Shown here: positions 30,305 through 39,664 of the stretch, one piece after another
How the letters are laid out: every line of letters starts with the position of its first letter
How positions within the stretch are numbered: the stretch's first letter is position 1
Assembly: GCA_023144635.1 (NCBI GenBank)
Contig: JAGLFH010000030.1
Span: 18,386 to 82,385, forward strand
Length of the DNA stretch: 64,000 nucleotides
Direction of reading: 5' to 3'
Source of the DNA: Candidatus Auribacterota bacterium
GTDB lineage: Bacteria; Auribacterota; JAFGBW01; JAFGJP01
The notes under the pieces: generated by a model
Databases searched by the model: none
Told to the model about the DNA's origin: nothing
The model's input: the letters and a program-made list of their open reading frames with translations, nothing else
Translations under genes and position numbers: made by a program

Positions 30305-30952
30305 ATGAAGCATGTATCTTTTATCGTATTTTTGTTTTTTGCATTAGTCATATCCCAGCCGGCTTTTGCCGGAAATGACTGGGAATGGCGCCATACAACC
30401 ACTATAAAAGCTCCTCTTTCAGAAGATCTCAGTATCAATGTGAATAATATGGAATGGTTCAAAAATGATGCGAGTGAGCATTATTATCATCATGTGGAAG
30501 TTGGTATTGACTGGAAAGTTGATGGAATTATTTGGGGATTTTATTTAAGAGAAAAAGAGTCAGAATCATCAAGCGGTGTATGGAGCTGGGAGCATCGTCC
30601 TCATTTGAACGCTACATTTAAATGGAATATGGGAGATATAAAATTAAGCGACAGAAGTAGATTAGAGTACAGGATTTTTGCAGGTGATAATAAATGGAGA
30701 TATAGAAATTTCTTAAAAGCTGTTCTTCCTGTTAAATGGACAGAGTATAAAATTACCCCCTATATTGGTGATGAAGTTTTTTATGATTTTGATGTTGATG
30801 AATTAAATATGAACCGTCTTCATCTTGGAATATCTGCAAAATTGACTGATTCTATAAAAGCAGGTGTTAAGTATACATTTGAAAGTGTTAAAAGTGGTGA
30901 TAATTGGACAGATAAAAATATTATTTGGTCTGATATTACATATTCTTTCTAA
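30305..30952 (+). CDS. DUF2490-like outer-membrane beta-barrel
   Basis: Signal peptide, EHRPH, RSRLEYR, WRYRN, DEVFY, NRLHLG, C-terminal YSF. Confidence 0.75.
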   Translation: MKHVSFIVFLFFALVISQPAFAGNDWEWRHTTTIKAPLSEDLSINVNNMEWFKNDASEHYYHHVEVGIDWKVDGIIWGFYLREKESESSSGVWSWEHRPHLNATFKWNMGDIKLSDRSRLEYRIFAGDNKWRYRNFLKAVLPVKWTEYKITPYIGDEVFYDFDVDELNMNRLHLGISAKLTDSIKAGVKYTFESVKSGDNWTDKNIIWSDITYSF

Positions 30953-30987
30953 GTGCTGAAAGATGTAGGTTGATCTATTACAAAGAC

Positions 30988-31019
30988 TAAACCCCTCTTG
31001 TAATAATGAGAGGGGTTTA
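30988..31019. terminator. Stem-loop terminator
   Basis: TAAACCCCTCT...AGAGGGGTTTA inverted repeat. Confidence 0.7.
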
Positions 31020-31132
31020 TGATATTATTATAATTAAAATTAAGAACTCATGATTTATTTGATTTTTTGCTATAATAAAATTGTTCAATACTTGAGTTAT
31101 AATTTAATTTTTATGTATACTTAAAAATATAT

Positions 31133-31672
31133 ATGGAACAAAAAGAAGTAGAAAAAATATTAAAAGGCGTGCAACACTCTAAAGCTGATGCTATAGAGAA
31201 AGAAGATCCAGATATTCTTCAACTTGTTTGTTTCAAGCTGGCAGATGAAGAATATGCCGTTAAAATTACAAAAGTTAAAGAAGTCTTACGCATTCAGAAG
31301 ATAACCCCTGTTCCGCAGATGCCTGATTTTACTCTTGGGGTTATTAATATTCGCGGTCATATTATACCTGTATTTGACTTAAGAAAACGTTTTCACCTGG
31401 AAGAAAAAGAGCTGGATGAAACCTCCAAGTTACTGGTTGCTTCTACACAAACGGCTATGATCGGTATTATTGTTGATGAGATTCTAGATAATATTAAAAT
31501 TGCCTCTTCGCAAATCAACCCCACGCCTATCATTCAATTAAAAATCGATAAGAAATGTATTTTTGGAATAGCGTCGTTGGAAAACAGAATGATCATTATT
31601 ATGGATCTTGAAAAATTACATGAAGATATATTAAATGGAATTAATACTCCTGACCTGTGTATAAAGCCATGA
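31133..31672 (+). CDS. cheW: Chemotaxis adaptor CheW
   Basis: QLVCFKLADEEYA, ITPVPQMP, GVINIRGHIIPVFDL, GIIVDEI. Confidence 0.92.
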   Translation: MEQKEVEKILKGVQHSKADAIEKEDPDILQLVCFKLADEEYAVKITKVKEVLRIQKITPVPQMPDFTLGVINIRGHIIPVFDLRKRFHLEEKELDETSKLLVASTQTAMIGIIVDEILDNIKIASSQINPTPIIQLKIDKKCIFGIASLENRMIIIMDLEKLHEDILNGINTPDLCIKP

Positions 31673-32145
31673 CAGATGCACAAAATATAATAAAACTTGT
31701 TTCATTTAAGTTGGGAGAGATCCTTTTTGGTTTGGAAATTGTTGATATTCAGGAAATCATCCGTATGAAGGCTATCGTGCCCATTCCTCACTCACCGGAT
31801 TCAGTTGAAGGGGTTATCAATCTTCGAGGGGCTATAGTGCCAATCATTAACCTTAAAAAACGGCTTGGGCATTCCTTAATCGATGAGGAGGATGATCTTC
31901 AGTTGAAAAGAATGATCATTGTAGATGCCGGATATTTGAAGGTTGGCCTAATTGTAGATGAAGTCCAGCAGGTGCTTAATATTGAGGAAGAATATTTCGA
32001 GATACCTCCAGCAACTGTCATGGGTGTGGATCAGTCCTTTCTCAAAGGGTTGATAAGACAGAATGATTCCATTCTGATCCTTCTGGATTCAGAAAAGATA
32101 TTAACCATGAATGAGCATAATATTTTAAAAAAAATACAGGGGTAA
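31669..32145 (+). CDS. cheW: Chemotaxis adaptor CheW (second copy)
   Basis: GVINLRGAIVPIINL, GLIVDEV; ATGA overlap with the first cheW. Confidence 0.92.
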   Translation: MTDAQNIIKLVSFKLGEILFGLEIVDIQEIIRMKAIVPIPHSPDSVEGVINLRGAIVPIINLKKRLGHSLIDEEDDLQLKRMIIVDAGYLKVGLIVDEVQQVLNIEEEYFEIPPATVMGVDQSFLKGLIRQNDSILILLDSEKILTMNEHNILKKIQG

Positions 32146-32156
32146 AAAGAAAAAAT

Positions 32157-32567
32157 ATGAATGACCACTCACGGGAAGAAAGAAGACGTTTTGTGCGTGT
32201 TTCTGTCGATTATTTTTTGGAATGCACACAATTGGATTTTACGGATACTACGAATGACAAAATTCCGGCTTCGATAAAAAATATCAGCGCTGGCGGAATC
32301 CTTTTTGTAACACATAAAAAGTATGAGCTGGGTACTCTTCTCAGGATAAGTTTGAGTATTCCGGGGTGGGATCAGTACAAAACAGAGTTCTATAAATCAG
32401 CAAAAGCGCTTTTTACGGAAAATCTTGTTGTCTTAGCCAAAGTTGCACGCATAGAGCCCGGTCAGAAAGAAGGTCAGTATAATGTTGCTGTGGAATTTAC
32501 AGGTATTGATGATGATCATCAGAGGGCTTTGCTAAAATTCATCCGGAATCAAATGAAGGAGATTTAA
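32157..32567 (+). CDS. PilZ-domain protein
   Basis: ERRRFVR (RxxxR) and NISAGG (D/NxSxxG) c-di-GMP-binding motifs. Confidence 0.85.
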   Translation: MNDHSREERRRFVRVSVDYFLECTQLDFTDTTNDKIPASIKNISAGGILFVTHKKYELGTLLRISLSIPGWDQYKTEFYKSAKALFTENLVVLAKVARIEPGQKEGQYNVAVEFTGIDDDHQRALLKFIRNQMKEI

Positions 32568-32570
32568 TAT

Positions 32571-34244
32571 ATGAAAATTTTAAACAGTATACAAAATAAG
32601 ATCCTTGCCCAGTTTGCTGCTTTTCTTCTTCTCCTTCTGGGGATATTTGTAGCCAGTACGGTTATTGTGCAAAAACAAAAAAATGACGGCCTTCTTATTA
32701 ATCTTGCCGGACGCCAAAGAATGCTGACACAAAAAATGACAAAAGAAATACTCATTTTTACAACAGAAAACAATGAGAAAAATAAAGAGCAGATTTTGAG
32801 TACTGTAACAATTTTTGAAAAGACCCTTCTAGCTTTGAAAAATGGCGGCGAAGCGCCGCTTGATCTTCAGATGACAGAGTTTCGCCGGTGTCCCCCGGCC
32901 CAATCAGAGGAAATAGAGCGCCAGTTGGCTCAGGTTATTTCTCTCTGGCAGCCCTTTAAAAGAAATATTCAGAGCCTTCTGGATGCCCCGGAAGGATATT
33001 AAGAACCTTTGAAAGAGATCATTGGCAATAATGTAGAACTACTGACAACCATGAATAAGGCTGTGGGTCTTATGCAAAGCTTTTCAGAGAAAAAAGCAAA
33101 ATGGATGTTTGGTGTTCAGCTTTTCGCATTCCTTATTGGAATTTTTCTCATGCTCGTTGGAATTTATTTTCTCAGGCACTCTCTTATTTTTCCTTTAAAA
33201 CATGTTGTAAAAAACATGCAAATTGCCGCTACGGGAGATATGACAAATAAACTGGATATTGCAATGCAATCAGGGGAAAATAGAAATGAGATCGAAAAGT
33301 TAGCTGCAGCCTACAATACGCTTATGTCCATGATGAATGAAATGATAGCCAAAATACAGAAAGCATCGGATCATGTGGCCTTAGCTACGCAGGAAATATC
33401 TTCTTCTTCTCAACAGATTTCCGATGGAGCCCAGCAGCAGGCTGCCAGTTTTGAGGAATTGTCAAGCTCTGTCCAGAGCAATGCGACAAATGCACATGGT
33501 GCCAATGAGGTGGCGCAGGAAACAACCGGCAAAACGAAAGCTATCGGCCGAGACATGGAAACCACGATCGAAGCTATGAGTGCGATTGAAAAAAGTGCCA
33601 AAAGTATAGCAGAAGCTGTTGCAATCATTACAGATATTGCGGATCAGACAAATCTTCTAGCTCTCAATGCAGCTATTGAAGCGGCACGGGCTGGCGAACA
33701 CGGTAAAGGTTTTGCTGTTGTGGCTGATGAAGTACGCAAACTAGCCGAGCGAAGCGGGGATTCCGCTAAAGAGATCACACAGCTTATCAAGCAGAGTCTT
33801 ACACAGGTGGACAATGGAGTAAGCTTATCCAAAAAAGCTGGTGACAATTTGCAAAAGATTGTATCTGATATTGATCAAGTTGCTGAACAGTTGCAATCGA
33901 TTTCGCTGGCAACTCAGGAGCAGTCCGCAACTATGGAAGAAAATACATCCATAACAGAATCAAATGCGGCGGCTTCTGAAGAGCTTTCCGCATCAGCCGG
34001 GGACATGGCTCTTCAGGCTGATATCCTTAAAACGCTGGCAGGAAAGTTCAAGGTTAATGAAGAATCAGACAATATAGAAAAGAATTTTGTTGAGCCGCTA
34101 ATGTCTTCTAATGACGTTTTCGAAGAAGATCAGGCTGTAGATTCTTCGACGGGACTTGGATTTTCTTCCAATGAAGCGGATAGGGAAGTAATTGATCATA
34201 AAGAAAAATTATCATCAAATGAGGAAGAATTGCGCATTGGGTAA
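32571..34244 (+). pseudogene. MCP with PilJ/NarX-like sensor domain, interrupted by one in-frame TAA (33000-33002)
   Basis: ORFs 32571-33002 and 33009-34244 share a frame; TM1-INLAGRQRMLTQKM sensor, then TM2, HAMP and signalling domain [20 protein letters not shown]. Confidence 0.85.
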
Positions 34245-34318
34245 TATATCGAACAAAATAACAGAATTATTTTATTAATTTTATACATTTAGTATTCAGC
34301 TAAAAGGAGATCGTAATA

Positions 34319-35218
34319 ATGAAAAGAACAGTTATTTTTTTAACATTAATTTTTGTTTTGTGTGGTTTCTTAAGCAATGTTGCCTTTTCTGATGAGGAAT
34401 TTTTAATTGGAGTACTTGCAAAACGAGGTCCGGAGAAATGCTTGAAGAAATGGGAACCATTGGCAAAATACCTTACAGAAAAAATACCTGGAAAGTCCTT
34501 TGAAATAGTTCCTTTGAGTTTTAATGCGGTATCCCCTGCTATTGATAATGTTGAAGTTGATTTTTTTCTAGTCAATCCTTCCATGTTTATGACTGCAAAG
34601 GTTAAATATAATGCTTCTGCCGTTGTTACCATGATCAATGCCAGACAGGGACAAGAATTAAAATCATTTGGCGGGGTTATTATTACAAAAGCCGATAATG
34701 AACAGATAAATACTTTAATAGATATTATTGGAAATAAAATTATGGGTGTGAAAGCTTCTGCTTTTGGCGGATGGCAAGTGGCCTATAAAGAGATAATGGA
34801 TGCGGGTATAGATCCGTTTGCAGATTGCGCTTCAATAGAGTGGGGCGCCAACCATGACAAAGTTGTTTATGCTGTTAGAGATGGAAAAGCTGATGTTGGT
34901 ACTGTGCGAACAGATACGCTGGAAAGAATGGCAGATGAGGGTTCGATAAAACTAAGCGAATTTAAAATTATTAATAAGAAAGAGCATCAGGGATTCCCTT
35001 TTGTTTGCAGTACTGTTCTTTATCCGGAATGGCCTTTTGCCAAGGTGGAATCTGTTTCAGATGATGTAGCTAAAGAAGTTGCTGGCGTGCTGTTGGAAAT
35101 GGAGTCAAGTGATAAAGCTGCAAAAGCAGCAAAGATCATGGGCTGGACTGAAGTTTTGGATTATGAAGTGATCGAGACATTGCAAAAATCTTTGAAAGTT
35201 GGAGCTTATAAAGAATAG
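34319..35218 (+). CDS. Stand-alone PhnD/TtrS-like periplasmic binding protein
   Basis: Signal peptide; IGVLAKRG...KWEPLAKYL, SAFGGWQ and STVLYPEWPFA resemble the TtrS periplasmic domain; no ABC partners nearby. Confidence 0.75.
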   Translation: MKRTVIFLTLIFVLCGFLSNVAFSDEEFLIGVLAKRGPEKCLKKWEPLAKYLTEKIPGKSFEIVPLSFNAVSPAIDNVEVDFFLVNPSMFMTAKVKYNASAVVTMINARQGQELKSFGGVIITKADNEQINTLIDIIGNKIMGVKASAFGGWQVAYKEIMDAGIDPFADCASIEWGANHDKVVYAVRDGKADVGTVRTDTLERMADEGSIKLSEFKIINKKEHQGFPFVCSTVLYPEWPFAKVESVSDDVAKEVAGVLLEMESSDKAAKAAKIMGWTEVLDYEVIETLQKSLKVGAYKE

Positions 35219-35281
35219 TCGATATTTATTTCACAAAAAATAAATTGATATTTTGTAATTTGTTTAATAAGGAAGTGGTGT

Positions 35282-37222
35282 ATGAAACTTAAGTTTAAAA
35301 CAAAATTGATTGGCAGCTTTTTGATCATCTCATTATTAGTACTGTTTGCTGGTATTACGGGAATTATTATGACAAAGAAAATAGCGAACAGCGCAAATGA
35401 TGTTCTGTTAGTAAGCGTTCCTCAAAAGGAAGCTGTTAATCAAGCTCTTATTCACATCAATACTATGCGGAATCTGTGTGCTGAATATTTGAATAGTTAT
35501 GATAATTTAGACGAGTTAAGAGCAAAAATTATACATCATAATAAGAAATTTAACATGTATTTGGATATTATTGAATACGGGACGGATTCAGAAGAATTTA
35601 AAAATTCGCAATCATTTGAAATATTTAATACTGAAAGTATTGATCTTAAAGTTAACAAAGGTAATAAAGAAGTTATCACAATTATAAATGAGATCAAAAA
35701 TAGTTTTAAAACTTTTCTGGATAGCGCTTTATTAATGATGGATCTTCATGATAAAAGAGCAGGCTATAATGCGGCAATAAATGGAGTAACTATTGATATA
35801 GAAAAATATTTGCTTCTGGTTGAGAGGAAGCATGAAAAATGGTTGGATAAGTTAAAAGATGCTGTTGAGTACAATATCCGTTTTGAAGGCCAGACAGATC
35901 ATACAAAATGTCAATTCGGACTCTGGTATTATGCTTATTCTATAGAAGATGTGAAATTACAAGAACGTTTAGATAGTTTTGGAAAGAATCATGAAAAGTT
36001 ACATCAATTAGGTATAAAAGCTAATGAGGTTGAAGGTGAAGAAAAAGTTAAAGTTTTTAAAAGAGGTTCACGAGTTGTAAGAAAAATCAGATCAGGATTT
36101 CAGGATTTATTCGACTATCTTGGTCCTGTTATTTCTGAATTGATTAAAAAAGAGCAGGAAGCAATGCAGACTCTTAATAAGGTTTCATCTCAAATGCAGC
36201 ATATTATGAATACATTTTCAAAAAGAATAGACAGCGATATGAAGAAAGCGGAGAGAAATGCTAAAAAAGATCAATCATTTGCAATAGCTCTTTTAATTCC
36301 GGTGGTTGTCATTGCTGTTGTTATTGCTATGGGATTAGGTCTTATTATAAGCCGGGGAGTAGTTATTACAATTACAAAACTTATTAGCATCATCAGTAAG
36401 ATTTCAAAAGGAGATCTAAGCACAGAAATAAATATTAAAACAGGTGATGAACTGGAAACACTTGCGAATGGACTTTCCCGCATGGTTGATAGCTTAAAAC
36501 AGATAATTTCTAACGTCAAACATTCTGCTCAGCAGCTTACGGAAGCAACAGGTGAAATATCATCTTCATCACAACAAATTTCAGATGGAGCCCAGCAGCA
36601 GGCCGCGAGCTTTGAGGAGCTTTCTGCTTCTGTCCAATCCAATGCTACAAATGCGGGGTCAGCCAATGAAATTGCTCAATCTGTTACTGCAAGCGCTTCA
36701 GACATAGGCAATGATATGGAAAATACAATAGAGGCAATGACTGCTATTGAAAAAAGCGCACGGCGCATAGCAGATGCTGTCGCGATTATTACAGATATTG
36801 CGGATCAGACCAATCTTCTGGCTCTGAATGCGGCTATTGAAGCGGCGCGGGCCGGTGAACATGGTAAAGGATTTGCTGTTGTGGCTGATGAAGTAAGAAA
36901 ATTAGCAGAGCGGAGTGGAGATTCTGCTAAAGAAATCAAAAATCTTATCAAAGAAAGCTTGTCTCAGGTAAGTCATGGTGTGGATGTGTCAAAAAATGCC
37001 GGGGAAAATCTTCAGAAAATTGTTTCTCATATCAACAATGTTGCCGAGCAGCTGCAGTCCATCTCTTTGGCCACTCAGGAACAGGCATCTACCATGGAAG
37101 AGAATACTTCCATAACAGAATCTAATGCGGCGGCATCTGAAGAGCTTTCCGCCTCAGCAGTGGATCTTTCCACTCAAGCGGATGGTCTTAACAAGATGGT
37201 CAGTCACTTTAAAGTTAGGTAA
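35282..37222 (+). CDS. Intact MCP with a CZB-like zinc-binding domain between its two TM helices
   Basis: TM1; HEKW...[11 protein letters not shown]...[10 protein letters not shown]2; HAMP; signalling domain. Confidence 0.9.
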   Translation: MKLKFKTKLIGSFLIISLLVLFAGITGIIMTKKIANSANDVLLVSVPQKEAVNQALIHINTMRNLCAEYLNSYDNLDELRAKIIHHNKKFNMYLDIIEYGTDSEEFKNSQSFEIFNTESIDLKVNKGNKEVITIINEIKNSFKTFLDSALLMMDLHDKRAGYNAAINGVTIDIEKYLLLVERKHEKWLDKLKDAVEYNIRFEGQTDHTKCQFGLWYYAYSIEDVKLQERLDSFGKNHEKLHQLGIKANEVEGEEKVKVFKRGSRVVRKIRSGFQDLFDYLGPVISELIKKEQEAMQTLNKVSSQMQHIMNTFSKRIDSDMKKAERNAKKDQSFAIALLIPVVVIAVVIAMGLGLIISRGVVITITKLISIISKISKGDLSTEINIKTGDELETLANGLSRMVDSLKQIISNVKHSAQQLTEATGEISSSSQQISDGAQQQAASFEELSASVQSNATNAGSANEIAQSVTASASDIGNDMENTIEAMTAIEKSARRIADAVAIITDIADQTNLLALNAAIEAARAGEHGKGFAVVADEVRKLAERSGDSAKEIKNLIKESLSQVSHGVDVSKNAGENLQKIVSHINNVAEQLQSISLATQEQASTMEENTSITESNAAASEELSASAVDLSTQADGLNKMVSHFKVR

Positions 37223-37280
37223 GACACAGCAAGTAACGGAAAAAAACATAACATATATTGCATAAAAGAGTAAAAATTAA

Positions 37281-38123
37281 ATGATAAATGATTTAAAGAT
37301 TACAGATGCGGAATTTAATGAGATCAAAGAGATAATGTATGATTTTACCGGTGTTTTTCTTTTGCCGACAAAGAGGAATCTTGTGGTCTCGCGGCTGAGG
37401 AAACGGATGGATGAATTAAAAATGAAGGGTTTCCGTGAATATATTAAGCGCCTGCAGGATAAAAGCACACGGGAAATGGATGTTTTCATCAATGCAATAA
37501 CCACGAACGAAACATTTTTTTTTCGGGGAACCAGCCAGTTCAATTATTTGTATGAAGATATTCTGCCAAATATGATCGACAGGAAAAGCAAGCAGGGAAA
37601 GAAAAAAATAACAGCGTGGTCAGCTGCTTGTTCAACTGGAGCAGAGCCGTATTCTCTTGTTATGGCTTTTCGGGAATTTCTAAAAGGTGATAAAAGCTGG
37701 CAGATCAAGGTTTATGCAACAGATATTAATAGCACTGTTTTAGAAGAAGCGCGCGAGGGCATTTATCCGGAAAGAAGTCTGATGAAAACACCAAAGAGTC
37801 TGGCAACAAAATATTTTGAAAACATAAAGAAAGGAACTCGTCCCGGCAATTTTTATAAGTTGAAAGAAAGTGTAAAGAAAGATGTGGAGTTCAAGCAGCA
37901 TAATTTAAAAAATGCTTTTCCGGTAAAGGATTTGGATTTTATTTTTTTAAGAAATGTGATGATCTATTTTGATGTGCCCATGAAAAAAAAGGTTGTTTCT
38001 CATTTGATAAACAATCTTCATCCTGAAGGATATTTTTTTATCAGTCTTTCGGAAAGTTTGATCGATGTAAAAGCACCATTAAAGACAGTTGGGCCAGCGA
38101 TATACAAATTAATAAAGGAATAA
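37281..38123 (+). CDS. cheR: Chemotaxis methyltransferase CheR
   Basis: TTNETFFFR, WSAACSTGAEPYS, ATDI, RNVMIYFD. Confidence 0.95.
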   Translation: MINDLKITDAEFNEIKEIMYDFTGVFLLPTKRNLVVSRLRKRMDELKMKGFREYIKRLQDKSTREMDVFINAITTNETFFFRGTSQFNYLYEDILPNMIDRKSKQGKKKITAWSAACSTGAEPYSLVMAFREFLKGDKSWQIKVYATDINSTVLEEAREGIYPERSLMKTPKSLATKYFENIKKGTRPGNFYKLKESVKKDVEFKQHNLKNAFPVKDLDFIFLRNVMIYFDVPMKKKVVSHLINNLHPEGYFFISLSESLIDVKAPLKTVGPAIYKLIKE

Positions 38124-38126
38124 AAT

Positions 38127-39176
38127 ATGATCAACGTTGTTATCGCCGATGATTCGGCTTTTTTGCGAAAAATATTAAAAGATGTACTGACTGGAACAGG
38201 AAAAATTCTTGTTGTGGGCGAGGCAAAAAACGGCAAGGAAGCCATAGCTTTTGTTAAGGAAAAAAAGCCTGATGTTCTAATTCTTGATATAGAGATGCCT
38301 GTTATGAACGGTTTAGAGGCCCTAAGACGCATTATGGAGGAAAATCCTCTGCCGGTCTTTATGTTCAGCTCTTTAACTGTAAATGGGGCAAGTGTAACGG
38401 TTAAAGCTTTAGAATACGGCGCTGTAGATTATCTTTTGAAGCCTGTTAGCGGACCTTCAAAGTTGGTGGAAATAGCAGATGAGCTTCTTCAGAAGATCGA
38501 GGCAGTTGTCCGCATGTCACGTTTCAAAAAGTATCCAAAAACGGGTCTTGCAAAAGAACCCACCAAAAAAGTATTATCAACGCCTGCGCCTCAGATTAGC
38601 TCCCGTAAAATTGACATTGTAGCTATCGGGTCTTCCACAGGTGGCGTTCAGGCCGCACTGGCATTAGCACCGAATCTTCCGGAAGATATTTGTCCTGTTG
38701 TCTGGGTTCAGCATATGCCGCCCGGCTTTACGAAAAGTTTTGCCGATCGTTTAAACAATCAATCAAAAATCGTGGTTAAGGAAGCAAAGAACAATGAACC
38801 TTTGGAAAGAGGCACATGTTATATTGCTCCCGGCAGTTTTCAAATGGCTGTTCAAAAACAGGGGGCAAATTATTCTTTAAAGGTCTATGAAGGAGGACGT
38901 GTATCCGGTCATGCTCCATCATGTAATGTCCTTTTTGAATCTGTTGCCCAGCATTTTTCTTCTAATGCTATTGGAGCTATTCTGACGGGAATGGGCGATG
39001 ATGGTTCAGATGGACTTGTCAAAATGCATGAAAAAGGCGCATATATTATTGGCCAGGATGAAAGCACATGTGTGGTTTACGGAATGCCTCGCGCGGCCCA
39101 TCAGAAAGGTGCTGTGGATATAGAATTAGGTATTACAGATATTGCCAGCCGTATTTCGAAAGCAGGAGGCTTTTAA
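38127..39176 (+). CDS. cheB: Chemotaxis response regulator and methylesterase CheB
   Basis: REC domain (LDIEMP) plus GSSTGG, QHMPPGFT, LTGMGDDG and VVYGMP. Confidence 0.95.
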   Translation: MINVVIADDSAFLRKILKDVLTGTGKILVVGEAKNGKEAIAFVKEKKPDVLILDIEMPVMNGLEALRRIMEENPLPVFMFSSLTVNGASVTVKALEYGAVDYLLKPVSGPSKLVEIADELLQKIEAVVRMSRFKKYPKTGLAKEPTKKVLSTPAPQISSRKIDIVAIGSSTGGVQAALALAPNLPEDICPVVWVQHMPPGFTKSFADRLNNQSKIVVKEAKNNEPLERGTCYIAPGSFQMAVQKQGANYSLKVYEGGRVSGHAPSCNVLFESVAQHFSSNAIGAILTGMGDDGSDGLVKMHEKGAYIIGQDESTCVVYGMPRAAHQKGAVDIELGITDIASRISKAGGF

Positions 39177-39649
39177 CACAGATGATCGCAGATGGGAGAA
39201 TGCAGATTGGCACAGATAAAAAGGAATATATTTATAATGATCTGACCTATGAGATAATAGGTGCAATATATGAAGTTCATAAGGAATTAGGTACTGTTCA
39301 TAAAGAGGTTATTTATCATAAGGCCTTAGAGATAGAGTTAAAGAACAGAAATATTCCATTTAAAGAAGAGAAATTAATAATTGTTAAATATAAGGGGAAA
39401 AAGATTGGAGCATATAGACCTGATTTTATTATTGATGATAAAGTTATATTGGAGATAAAAGTAGCGCCTGCTTTAACAAAGGCTATGCAGGATCAGGTTT
39501 ATTATTATGTGAAAGGAACTAATTACAAACTAGTTTTGTTGGTAAATTTTGGCACAATCAAGGCAGGTATAAAAAGATTGATTTACACTTGAACTCAGGT
39601 GAAATGAATCTGCGATCATCTGTACTTAATCTGTGGTTATCTGTGTTAA
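39173..39649. mobile_element. GxxExxY cassette bounded by inverted CAGAT-repeat arrays and TTAA ends
   Basis: Left arm TTAACACAGATGATCGCAGATGGGAGAATGCAGATTGGCACAGAT (39173-39217); right arm ATCTGCGATCATCTGTACTTAATCTGTGGTTATCTGTGTTAA (39608-39649); 11-bp perfect terminal inverted repeat TTAACACAGAT. Confidence 0.7.
39182..39592 (+). CDS. GxxExxY protein (PD-(D/E)XK nuclease superfamily)
   Basis: LTYEIIGAIYEVHKELGTVHKEVIYHKAL, YRPDFIIDDKVILEIK, QVYYYVK, LLVNFG. Confidence 0.9.
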   Translation: MIADGRMQIGTDKKEYIYNDLTYEIIGAIYEVHKELGTVHKEVIYHKALEIELKNRNIPFKEEKLIIVKYKGKKIGAYRPDFIIDDKVILEIKVAPALTKAMQDQVYYYVKGTNYKLVLLVNFGTIKAGIKRLIYT

Positions 39650-39664
39650 GAACGGAGTGAATAT

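Noticed and set aside
28786..34244. Genome-wide stop-codon reassignment (TAG/TAA to Gln) or pyrrolysine as the explanation for the split MCPs
   Set aside because: TAG and TAA end many conserved genes at their expected C-termini (tadA, rnpA, yidD, rpmH, yidC); the two MCP stops are different codons; no pyl genes occur in the window.
39068..39181. Longer 174-aa version of the GxxExxY ORF
   Set aside because: The extension overlaps the cheB 3' end out of frame and has no family similarity.
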